Assembly (NCBI GenBank): GCA_000092065.1
Contig: CP000587.1
DNA: 64,000 nucleotides
Reading direction: 5' to 3' (one strand)
Origin: Ostreococcus lucimarinus
Lineage: Eukaryota
This document shows positions 25,403 through 34,483 of this stretch, in pieces (positions within the stretch are counted from its first letter, which is position 1; every line of letters begins with the position of its first letter). The notes below the pieces were generated by a model. It worked only from the letters and a program-made list of their open reading frames with translations, searched no databases and was not told the DNA's origin. Both the position numbers and the translations under genes were made by a program.

Positions 25403-27731
25403 TTAAACAAGCGCCGATGCACGGCACTGCGCGTGCGCGTTTAATGCAGTTTGAGCCTGCTCAACCTCGGCTCGTGAACGAACGCTATGTGCCCATTCGG
25501 TGACGGAAGTCGCCGCTTTCGTACCCTCCGCGGCGCTCGCAAGCGACTTCGCCGCGTGCATCAATTCTCCGTTTGCTAAGTGAGTTTCCGCCTTGGCGAT
25601 GGCGCCTTCAATACCCTGCGCGCCTTCGTCGGATGTATCCTTCACGCGAAGCAGTGAAGCGGCGTACGCTAAACCGTGCGCTAACATACCGCCACCGTCT
25701 TGCGGAACCAACGACAACTTTCTCGCCGTGTCCCGAACGCGTTCCAGCTGTTCCGCCAATTGCAAGCGCGTGGGAACGCCTCGCTTTGCCATATCTTGAT
25801 CCAAGCCTTGAATGATGGTGGCGATGAACGGATCCTTTTTTGCGCACGTGTTGAGCAGCGCTAGTGCGTCTTCGAAGGCTTCGCCGTTCTCCACGCGAGA
25901 TCCGAAATCCATGACGGCGAGCTCAAAGCTTTGCACTGCGTGCGCTCGCTCGAGCGCTTCGCGGCGCTTCGTCAGCACTTGTCTCAAAGCTCCCATGCGG
26001 ATGCGCTCTTCATCTAGCGCCTTGATTCGCTCGATGCGTTCAGCGACCAGAAAGTCTGCGTGCTCTGCTTTCAATTTTTTCTCTTGCGTCTTCAGAGCGC
26101 GTTCTTTATCGACGACGGCGCGCTCCTTTTCTCTTTCGAGTTGACGAGAGGCGTCCTCGGCGCGCTGCTCCAAGACGTTGATCGCAGCGATGAGCTCGTC
26201 CGTAACCGATCGCTCGGCACTGACGACAGTTTCGAAGTTTTGAACCATCGACGAGGATAACTCGCTGAAAATTTTCATGTCGGATTCGGATTGAACCTTC
26301 ATGCCGTCCCTTAACGCCGCCTTTTCGTCGTCGCTCAGAGTTTCTCCGAGTGTTTTGACGGCTTCTTCGAGCAGCCGCGCCGCGCTCAGAGATTTCGAAG
26401 CGTTCATAATGCTGACATTTTCTCGCGCGGGCGGTTTCGGTACGTTCACTTTCGCGAGCACTTCAGGTTCCTTTTGATCCGGTTCGTCTTGCGGCACCTG
26501 CGAGCGAAAGACGCGCCGTCAGTACGAGTAAATCTTCGAGTTAATTGCGAATGAAAGATGTCGGCTGGCTCACAGGAACGAGGCGAGGTAAAGCCACGAG
26601 CCTTAGAACTCCAGCGGCGCTTGACGCGCGGTTTGCATGCGTGCGCGCCAAGCTAGCATTTAATGTTGGCCCTTGATAGGTCCGGCGCGGCACCGAGAAG
26701 CCGCGACAGATGAGTATAAGGCCCCGAGAATAAGCGTCACAAAAATACGAAATGTTGCGTACCTCTACGTTGGCGAGGAAGTCCGCGGTCGCGCTGAACG
26801 CGTCCGACAGTTCATCTTTCGCCGTTTCTTTGCCATCCTTCTTCGACTCGGTTGTGGCTTTCTTCGAGTTCGTCAACTCTTTCGCGTCGGGCTGCTTGAC
26901 GATTTCGATTTGCACCTCGACGTCTTTCCGCGCCGCCGCCGCCTTTGGTTTCGCCCGTCGCGGCGGCGGAGGCCTATCTTCCTCGTCCACGACGCTCATG
27001 GAATACGCTAAAAGCGCCGCGATCCCAGCACCGGCGGCGGCTAGAAGCGCCGTGCGATTCGACCCGCTTTCCTCCGTCGGCGTCGCGTTCGCCGCCGCGG
27101 GCGGCGCCGTCGCCGCCGCGCCCGCCGGCTTCGATAACGGCTCCCTCAACACCGTCCCTTTCGTCGCCATCGACTTCGCCTCCGCCAACACCGATTCATG
27201 CAGCGGAAACGTCGCCGCCTTCGCGTGCGGCATCACCCTATTGCCGCTCGTCGGCGGCGGCGCCGCCGTCGCCCGCGCCCGCGCCGTCGCCCGCGCCGCC
27301 GCCGTCGCGTCCCCCATCGTCGCCTTATACGTCCTCGGATCCCCCAACACCGATTCATGCAGCGGAAATTTCTTCGCCGCCGCGTGCGGCACCGCGCGAA
27401 TCTTCCCGATCGGCGGTTTCTTCTTCCTCGACGTCTTCGCCTTCGCCGGCGCCGCGCGCGCCGTCCCCGTCCCCGTCTTCGCCTTCGCCCGCCCCTTTCC
27501 ACCGCCCCTCGCCGTCGCCGTCGCCGCGCCATCCCCCGACGTCGACTTCGTCGTCGTTTTCGTCGTTTTCGTCGCGTATCCGCGTCCGAGCGCGTCCGCG
27601 CGCGCCGCGCGCGTCGCCGACGCCGCGATCCACGCCCGCGCGGTCGTCCCCACGGACGCGCTCGCGCCGCTCCCTCGCGCCGCCATCGCGTCGAGCGCCG
27701 CCGCGCACGCGCGCGCGCGACGCGTCGTCAT
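25403..27731 (-). CDS. MIC60: MICOS complex subunit MIC60 (mitofilin), two exons (26763..27731 and 25403..26497) joined across a 265-nt intron
   Basis: Exon 2 ends with a mitofilin C-terminal domain (AKAETHLANGELMHAAKSLASAAEGT...VTEWAHSVRSRAEVEQAQTALNAHA) that matches the human IMMT C-terminus pattern. Exon 1 supplies a presequence, one TM helix (ALLAAAGAGIAALLAYSMSVV) and a Lys-rich region. The exons are joined by GAG|GTACGC ... TACTGAC-N21-CAG|GTG in phase 0. Confidence 0.65.
26498..26762 (-). other. Spliceosomal intron of MIC60 (GT-AG, 265 nt, ACTGAC branch-like motif 21 nt upstream of the acceptor)
   Basis: Donor gag|gtacgcaac on the minus strand (plus 26762-26761). Acceptor ctttcgctcgcag|gtgccgcaagac (AG at plus 26499-26498). 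The in-ORF sequence between them (RNISYFCDAYSRGLILICRG...) is AT-richer and has no coding character. Confidence 0.6.
27187..27400. repeat. Diverged tandem duplication (period ~159 bp = 53 codons) inside MIC60 exon 1
   Basis: The core caacaccgattcatgcagcggaaa occurs at 27187-27210 and again at 27346-27369. On the minus strand this encodes the repeated peptide (V/M)PHA(A/K)A(K/T)(K/F)PLHESVL. Confidence 0.7.
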
Positions 27732-27863
27732 CCCGCGCGCGCGCTCGGGCGTCCGCGCGCGCGACGACGCGATGCGCGACGCGCTGTGCCGTCGCGCGCG
27801 CGACGACGCGCGTCGCCGTCACTTCCGCGCGCGACCCGACGTCGCGCCGGCGACGCGCGCGCG

Positions 27864-28631
27864 ATGTCGACGCCCCGGGCGAGCGTCGCGGCGTTGACCG
27901 CGCCCGCGCGCGTCGGCGCGCGCGCCGCGAGCGCGCGCGGGCGCGACGCGACGCCGTTTCGTCGCGCCGCCGCCGCCCCGCGACGACGCGCGGCGACGGT
28001 CGTCGCCATGGCGCACCCGCGGCGCGTGCAAAAGGTCCAGCAGCAGATGCGACGAGAGATTTCGAGCATGATGCAGAGCGATAAGAACCTGCGAGCGATG
28101 ATCTCGCCCGAGGAACGCATGGGGGTGGATCACATGCTGAGCGTCATGGCGACGGTGGCGGACGTCGAGGTGAGCAACGATTTGCAAGTGGTCAAGGTGT
28201 ACGTGAGCATCCTGGGAGACGAGCGAGGGAAGAATAACGCGATAAAGGGGATGAAACGAATGGAGCAGTACGTGCGAAGGAAGATCGGACGGAGGATGAG
28301 CTTGCGGTTGACGCCGGAGATTCGGTTCATTTACGACGACTCGTTCGAGCGAGGGCAAAAGGTGAGCGCGTTGTTGGATGAGATTCGTTTGGAGAATAGG
28401 AATAAGACGGCGAAAAAGTACGGGAAGGACGCGTTGATGTCGGTGGAGGACGTGATCGCGGAACGGGGGGAAGTGGAGGATGAAGATGAGTCGGAATGGG
28501 GGATGGACGACGACGCGGTGTGGGACGAGATGCTGGACGGCGTCGAGGACGCGTTGAATGACTTTGACGACGACGACGAAGACGACGAAGACGACGAAGA
28601 CGATGAGTCCATTCGCATCATCGACGTGTAA
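27864..28631 (+). CDS. RBFA: Ribosome-binding factor A, organellar type (plastid-like presequence), with an acidic C-terminal tail
   Basis: RbfA core: RRVQKVQQQMRREISSMMQSDKNLRAMISPEERMGVDHMLSVMATVADVEVSNDLQVVKVYVSILGDERGKNNAIKGMKRMEQYVRRKIGRRMSLRLTPEIRFIYDDSFERG. I refined the start to the ATG at 27864 (MSTPRASVAALTAP...). The tail is DDDEDDEDDEDDE. TGTAA overlaps the stop. Confidence 0.8.
   Translation: MSTPRASVAALTAPARVGARAASARGRDATPFRRAAAAPRRRAATVVAMAHPRRVQKVQQQMRREISSMMQSDKNLRAMISPEERMGVDHMLSVMATVADVEVSNDLQVVKVYVSILGDERGKNNAIKGMKRMEQYVRRKIGRRMSLRLTPEIRFIYDDSFERGQKVSALLDEIRLENRNKTAKKYGKDALMSVEDVIAERGEVEDEDESEWGMDDDAVWDEMLDGVEDALNDFDDDDEDDEDDEDDESIRIIDV
28627..28631 (+). promoter_or_regulatory. 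TGTAA overlapping the RbfA stop codon (gacgTGTAAatttaatta)
   Basis: The stop TAA at 28629-28631 is embedded in TGTAA and followed by an A/T-rich stretch. Confidence 0.4.
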
Positions 28632-28690
28632 ATTTAATTATTAGTTGAGAGACTGGTGTTTTAATTCTACTGCTATTTTTCCACTTTGCC

Positions 28691-29836
28691 TCACAGCGTC
28701 GACAACACGTTTTGCGCCTTCGACGCCAGGATCTTCACAGCCTCCTTGAAAATCGTGCCGGGCGCCATCTGCCCGATCGTTTCGATGGTAAAAATGAAGT
28801 GGTCCTTACGTTTGCGCACGGCAATCTTATCCGCCCACCCTGGTTCACCCGTAAGCTCGCGCACGCGCTCGACGCAAAAGTCGCACCCGCGCGACTCGAC
28901 CACCTTGACCGTCTTTTTATCACCCTTTCCTTCGCACGCGTAACACTTGTGCGTCTCGCTAAAGTTTGCACACTTTTTCATGAACTCATCCGCGTCCGCG
29001 CCCGTGATGGGCTCTAAAATCGTAATCTCCGGCACCATCTTGTACCAACACGTGCCCACGGGCGACCACTTCGCGTGCTCCTGTCCGATGCCCTTGACGC
29101 AGTGGCATTCGAGTTCCACCTCTTGACCGGGCGCGAGTTTCACGAGCAAAATATCGTCGTGCACGCATCCAAGCTCTTGATCGCCGACGACTTCCTTCTG
29201 TGAGCGCTTAAAATCGGAATACTTTGCCCCGTTCTCCTCCGGAAGCTGACTCCCCTCCGGACACCACGTCAACGCGTTCGAGTACACCGACCGATTCACA
29301 ACCTCACCGAGCGTGCCGTCGGGATTCCGTTCCTTATGACACCGCACGTGCATCTTCAGCACGATCGTATTCGTCTCGTTCGCCGCGTCACCCTCCCCTC
29401 GATACTCAAACATCGCCGGATCCGCCTTAATCGGCACCAAACCGAGTCGATGCGCGAAAACCTCGTCCGCGACGACGCTCGTATTATTCACCACGAACAC
29501 CTTCTCAATCGCCATCGTCGGCACCTCACTGAGTATGATCCTCCGAAACGCGTTCGCAAACGCCGGCGAGCACCCCTCGAGCTCGAACACGCACCGCTCC
29601 TCGTCGCTCGTCGTCAGCGTCAGCGCGAACGTCTCTCGAAACCGCTCCGCGCTGAACGCGAAATCCTTCCCCACGCTCGCGTACGCCCCCCCGTACGCCA
29701 CCTCGTTCACGTTCGCGTTGTGCTCCGCTCCCGCGCGCACGTAGTGCCTCTGCTCTTCCAATCGCTCGAGCATCCGTCGCATCTGCGCCGAGACGTCGTC
29801 GTCGCGCGTCGCGCGCGCCGCCGCCGCCTTGCCCAT
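28691..29836 (-). CDS. RPAC1: DNA-directed RNA polymerases I and III subunit RPAC1 (AC40)
   Basis: ANAFRRIILSEVPTMAIEKVFVVNNTSVVADEVFAHRLGLVPI is near-identical to the RPAC1/POLR1C signature. The RPB3-like dimerisation fold holds along the full length. Confidence 0.8.
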   Translation of the reverse strand: MGKAAAARATRDDDVSAQMRRMLERLEEQRHYVRAGAEHNANVNEVAYGGAYASVGKDFAFSAERFRETFALTLTTSDEERCVFELEGCSPAFANAFRRIILSEVPTMAIEKVFVVNNTSVVADEVFAHRLGLVPIKADPAMFEYRGEGDAANETNTIVLKMHVRCHKERNPDGTLGEVVNRSVYSNALTWCPEGSQLPEENGAKYSDFKRSQKEVVGDQELGCVHDDILLVKLAPGQEVELECHCVKGIGQEHAKWSPVGTCWYKMVPEITILEPITGADADEFMKKCANFSETHKCYACEGKGDKKTVKVVESRGCDFCVERVRELTGEPGWADKIAVRKRKDHFIFTIETIGQMAPGTIFKEAVKILASKAQNVLSTL

Positions 29837-30300
29837 CGCGTCGTCGCGATTCGTTCGCGATTCGTTCGCCTCTCGTTCGCCTCTCGCGGTTCGCCGCTCG
29901 ATCGACGCGCGTTCGATCGCCGAAGTGCGTCGCCGTCGCCGCCGCCGCCGTCGTCGTCGGCGCGTCGCGCGCTCGCGCCGTCGCGCGCGCGCGCGCGTCG
30001 CGGCGAATTCTCGTTGCGTCGTCCGTGTGTGTCTTCACCATCAAAGTATCACTACATAGTCACTCACGCCATCTGTATACGTTACCTACTATCGTATAGA
30101 AACACGTTCGACGCCCAGTATCGAGCACACGCGCGACGCGTTCGAACGCCCGGCGACGCGCGCACTTCGCGGCGCGTCGACGCGGCGCGCGACGCGTGCG
30201 CGCGCCGACGCGCGACGCGCGGTGACGTGAAATCGCGACGCGCGACGATAGCGCGCGCGCGACGATCGAGCGCGGCGAGAGCGCGCGACGAGAGCGCGCG

Positions 30301-33300
30301 ATGGATTTCGACGACGGCGCGGACGACGACGACGCGTTCGCCGCGATCGACGTCGACAGCGTCGTGCGAGGCGCGCGCGCGGCGAGAGACGCGTCAAACG
30401 AGACGCGCGCGACGTCTCGGGGAAGCGCGGGCGGGAAGGGCGCGGAAGGAGGACGACGGCGGGAGGGATGGGACGCGAAGGAGAACGCGGGGCGCGACGA
30501 AGACGCGACGCCGGCGGCGAGGCGGGACGCGATGCGCGCGGGCGCGAACGCGCGGGAGGAGGGGACGGGGAATCAGTTGACGGTGACGTCGATGTTTGCC
30601 GCGGCGGCGGGGGCGCGGGCGCGACCGACGACGGTGCTCGGGGAGGTTCGGGAACGGTTGGCGCGCGCGCCGGAGACGACGACGACGACGACGGGGATCG
30701 GGCGGGAGAAGAAGCGAAAAGAAAGCGCGCCGGCGAAGAGGAAGCATCAGGGGACGCTGCCGAAGGAGTTGATGATTCGTAAGTGTCCGGACAAGGCCCG
30801 GGAGCTGGAGGCGTTGATGACGAATTTGGCGCCGGACGCGCTGGGCGCGAGAGACGCTTCGGGCTTGACGCGGTGCGATTCCGCGGGCGGACCCGAGGGG
30901 TTGCCCATGGATCCGGAAGCGATTCAAACGTACGTCTATCCGGCGCAGATTTCGCGGCGTGATTATCAGTTTGACATGGCGCGTAACGCCCTGCTGACGA
31001 ACTCACTGGTATGCCTGCCCACGGGTTTGGGCAAGACGCTCATCGCGGCGGTGGTGATGTACAACTATTACCGATGGTTTCCCACGGGGAAGATTATTTT
31101 TATGGCGCCCACGCGACCTTTAGTGGATCAACAGATGTCAGCGTGTCACACCGTGGTGGGGATTCCCGCCTCTGACACCATCGTATTGATGGGAAGCACG
31201 AAGAAGGACGACAGCGGATCGAGACGAGACTTTTGGCGAGAGAAACGTCTCTTCTTTTGCACCCCGCACACGGTAGCGAACGATTTGGAAAGCGGCGATT
31301 TGGACGCCAAACAAATCGTGTGCGTCGTCGTCGATGAAGCGCACCACGCGCGAGGACAGTACGCTTCCGCGGAAGTGCTTCGTTTACTTCACGAACGAAA
31401 AGTGAGATTTCGTTTATTGGCGCTCACGGCGACGCCGGGGCAAGGATTGGACGAAGTTCAAAAAGTCGTCGAGACGCTGCGCATCGGACGTATCGATTTC
31501 AGAAGCGACCAAGACCCCGATGTTTCGCGTTACACGCACAAGCGCGAGATGACTGTGGAAAAGGTCAAGCCCGATCAGGCGATGTCTCACGTGCAGGACA
31601 TGCTGTGCGAGCTACTGCGCCCGTGCTGCGCGCAACTCGTCAACATGGGCGCGCTCGGCGAAGCGGGCTTTCGAATGTTGACGTTTATTAAAAATAAAGC
31701 CACAAACGGGGCATCGCGCGTCGAACCACCGGCGTGGTTCACGCTGCAATCCGCACAGCAGGCGATATATAGAAATCAGCACCAAGTGCGCGCCAGAGGG
31801 CAAGCGTTAGGCTTGCTCGAGACCGCGATGGAACTCAGTAAGGCGTACGAGCTTTTGCTCAAGTACGGCGCCAAGAGCGCGTACGATTACATCGATAAGC
31901 GCGGTCGAGACAAGAGCAACACGCTCGTTCATCGCAGCGACCCAGTATCAGTAGAGTTGGTGGATTTGATTCGTTCGATGTCGTCAAACGGCGCACATCA
32001 CTCGCCAAAACTCGACAGATTGACGTCGATTCTAAAGCAACACTTCAGAGACGCTACGGCGGATACGCGAGTGATCATTTTCACATCGTACCGTGAAAGC
32101 GTCAAGGACATCGTTCAAGCCCTTCGCGAGGTCCCCGCTGGCGAGGACACCGCGTGCAAGATTAAAGTTGCAGAGTTCGTCGGTCAGGGCGATACGGGCG
32201 CGACGGGTAAGAAACGGGCGCCTGGTGCTACCTCGCGCGGTACTAAGGGACAGACGCAAAAAGAACAAAAGCAGACGCTGGACGATTTCAGAGCCGGAAC
32301 GCTGAACACACTCGTGGCGACATCCATCGGAGAAGAGGGATTGGACATTCCGAGCGTAGATTTGATTTTTTTCTTTGACGTCGTTGATACCATTCGTGCC
32401 ATTCAACGAATGGGTCGAACTGGTCGAGCGCGCGATGGCAAAGTCGTCATTCTCGCGACGGAGGGTAAAGAATACGCCAAGTTTACGAGCGAGCAGAAAA
32501 AGTACGAAACTTTGATGACGTGCCTACGAATGCCAGAAACGCACTTTCGGCTCGACAAAAAGTGTCCTCGCATCGTTCCAGATGGCGTGACACCGGTATG
32601 TCAACTCGCTATGATCGAACCATCTCCTGCGGAGAAGAAGACCAAGTCCAAAATGAGCGAACAAGCGGAAGTGGCGAAGCCAAAGAAGCCAAAGAAAGCG
32701 ATGGGTGCGAAAGCTCTTTTGAATGCGGCGAACAAGCTCAACGATACTCCTCTTGATGCGGCGAGCAAGGCCATTCTTTATGCGTACGAATACCAGGGAA
32801 GTGCGATGGAAGATCTCGATTTTTCGGCGTCCACGCCGTTTCTTTCGCGCCCGCATCCGGTGTACGCAATCGAGCATAGTGACTTGACCCGCGCGTTCAT
32901 CGGTGTGATGGCGGATTTGCAAGACATGCCACGCGTCGATGCTACTGGGAGTGCCCTTTTGAATGGACCATGCGCCGAAAGTCGGCTCAAGCAAACATCA
33001 GCACCAAACTTGATCGAGCCAGAGCTGCAACGAGACGAGTCGAACGCGCCGACTGTTGTTGAGGCAATTGATGTCGAAGAATTCCCCGTCAATGACGATT
33101 TCCAAGACGACTGGGGCAACGACTGGCCTGCAACATCACAAGACGGTCCTGCGTACGAGGCGGCGATCAAAACGAGTCAAGAAGTTTTGGAGGAATTCAC
33201 GCAGTTGAGCGATGCGGTTCCGCGGCGCATTTCCATGCACAGCGCCTCGCCGGCGCAGCGACCTTTGCAATCATCTGTTCTCGACTCATCCCCGCACGAC

Positions 33301-34395
33301 TCGCAAGAGCTCGAAGATACGAAGGGCGATGGAAATGATGGTGATGACGATGATGATGATTACGAAGAAACGTTGGGTGACATGCTCTTCACCAAGAAGC
33401 AGCAGAGATTGGCGCGCGAACTGAGACTCAGCTCTTCCAGCGACAAAGTCGAAGAAAAACGCAAGAGTCAAGATCGACTGTCGATGCCTCCGCCTCCGCC
33501 TCGCATGACACCTCAGAGCACTGGTAAGGCGTCCGACGCCGCGCAATCATCAGGTGGAAGCGAGCTGAACTTCAAGCGTCACGTGCGTAAGACCAACGCG
33601 CGCGTGCTCATGTCGCAAGAAATTTCACCCATCATCGGCGACGGTCCCGAGGAAGCGCAAAACGATGGCGGCGAAGACGACGACGATGACGACATCGAAT
33701 TCATCGGCGAGGAACCCGCTTCTCGCCCGCGTCGTCAGCAGCGTGTGCGCGCACAGCCTGCGTTCAACCCTCGGAAGAGGCGGAACTGTTTCATCGACGA
33801 CGAGGCGGATGCGAGCGAAGAAGAGGACGGCGAAGAGGACGGCGATATGTCATCCGGCGACGAGAGATTCATCGCAAATTCCCAGGGAGACGACGCTATT
33901 GCTGAGCATCCGGGAGCGCGTTTCGCCGAAGCGACTCCCGATGAAGCGCCATGGCAACGCGTCACGCGAGATGCTCCAGCTGGAGTCGATTTGGCGCAGA
34001 CTTTTGCCGCGTTGGGACCACGTGAACGGCACGCTGTGCAAGACACGCCAAGCCCGACCCAACGATGGGGTGGAAGTGGCGAAACGCGGTCTTCGAGTAA
34101 ATATGATTCGAGTTTCATAGATGACGGCTCTGACGCTGGCTTGGATGATTCCGTCCAGCGACCGGCTCGTCAACCCGACGTCGTCGAAATTGACCCAGAA
34201 CCTGTCCCCCGCGTTGAACAAACTGCGGAAGATATGTGGGCCGAATTCGATGACGATGGCATAGAAGATTGGGATGACGACGGGTGGAGTGCTGGCGATG
34301 CGCAGCCCGTTGCGGATACGAACGTGAATGACGATGGGTGGGGCGTCGCGAGTCAACAAAACCAAAACGCGGGCGCGAGCGATGACGACTGGTAA
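30301..34395 (+). CDS. FANCM: FANCM/Mph1-family DEAH-box DNA helicase with a long acidic C-terminal tail
   Basis: YQFDMARNALLTNSLVCLPTGLGKTLIAAVVMYNYYRWFPTGKIIFMAPTRPLVDQQ matches the FANCM/Hef motif I region. The DEAH box is VVVDEAHHARG. The helicase C region reads LVATSIGEEGLDIPSVDLIFFFDVVDTIRAIQRMGRTGR. There is no ERCC4 nuclease domain, as in plant FANCM. Confidence 0.8.
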   Translation: MDFDDGADDDDAFAAIDVDSVVRGARAARDASNETRATSRGSAGGKGAEGGRRREGWDAKENAGRDEDATPAARRDAMRAGANAREEGTGNQLTVTSMFAAAAGARARPTTVLGEVRERLARAPETTTTTTGIGREKKRKESAPAKRKHQGTLPKELMIRKCPDKARELEALMTNLAPDALGARDASGLTRCDSAGGPEGLPMDPEAIQTYVYPAQISRRDYQFDMARNALLTNSLVCLPTGLGKTLIAAVVMYNYYRWFPTGKIIFMAPTRPLVDQQMSACHTVVGIPASDTIVLMGSTKKDDSGSRRDFWREKRLFFCTPHTVANDLESGDLDAKQIVCVVVDEAHHARGQYASAEVLRLLHERKVRFRLLALTATPGQGLDEVQKVVETLRIGRIDFRSDQDPDVSRYTHKREMTVEKVKPDQAMSHVQDMLCELLRPCCAQLVNMGALGEAGFRMLTFIKNKATNGASRVEPPAWFTLQSAQQAIYRNQHQVRARGQALGLLETAMELSKAYELLLKYGAKSAYDYIDKRGRDKSNTLVHRSDPVSVELVDLIRSMSSNGAHHSPKLDRLTSILKQHFRDATADTRVIIFTSYRESVKDIVQALREVPAGEDTACKIKVAEFVGQGDTGATGKKRAPGATSRGTKGQTQKEQKQTLDDFRAGTLNTLVATSIGEEGLDIPSVDLIFFFDVVDTIRAIQRMGRTGRARDGKVVILATEGKEYAKFTSEQKKYETLMTCLRMPETHFRLDKKCPRIVPDGVTPVCQLAMIEPSPAEKKTKSKMSEQAEVAKPKKPKKAMGAKALLNAANKLNDTPLDAASKAILYAYEYQGSAMEDLDFSASTPFLSRPHPVYAIEHSDLTRAFIGVMADLQDMPRVDATGSALLNGPCAESRLKQTSAPNLIEPELQRDESNAPTVVEAIDVEEFPVNDDFQDDWGNDWPATSQDGPAYEAAIKTSQEVLEEFTQLSDAVPRRISMHSASPAQRPLQSSVLDSSPHDSQELEDTKGDGNDGDDDDDDYEETLGDMLFTKKQQRLARELRLSSSSDKVEEKRKSQDRLSMPPPPPRMTPQSTGKASDAAQSSGGSELNFKRHVRKTNARVLMSQEISPIIGDGPEEAQNDGGEDDDDDDIEFIGEEPASRPRRQQRVRAQPAFNPRKRRNCFIDDEADASEEEDGEEDGDMSSGDERFIANSQGDDAIAEHPGARFAEATPDEAPWQRVTRDAPAGVDLAQTFAALGPRERHAVQDTPSPTQRWGGSGETRSSSKYDSSFIDDGSDAGLDDSVQRPARQPDVVEIDPEPVPRVEQTAEDMWAEFDDDGIEDWDDDGWSAGDAQPVADTNVNDDGWGVASQQNQNAGASDDDW

Positions 34396-34483
34396 TGTGA
34401 CTGGGCAAATCAGAACATTAGAGGATTTGAATACAAACATAGGCGTAACAATCATTTTGGAGCACGCGAATACATAAAATACG

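Noticed and set aside
26541-26762. C-terminal ~70 codons of ORF 26541..27731 (RNISYFCDAYSRGLILICRGFSV...)
   Set aside because: This stretch lies between a consensus GT donor and an ACTGAC/CAG acceptor, is AT-richer than flanking exons and has no protein-like character. I read it as the MIC60 intron rather than a coding C-terminus.
27198-27863. N-terminal 222 codons of ORF-track entry 27198..28631 (MQRKRRRLRVRHHPIAARRRRRRRRPRPRRR...)
   Set aside because: It is an Arg/Pro homopolymer-like translation running antisense through MIC60 exon 1. The RbfA homology begins only after the ATG at 27864.
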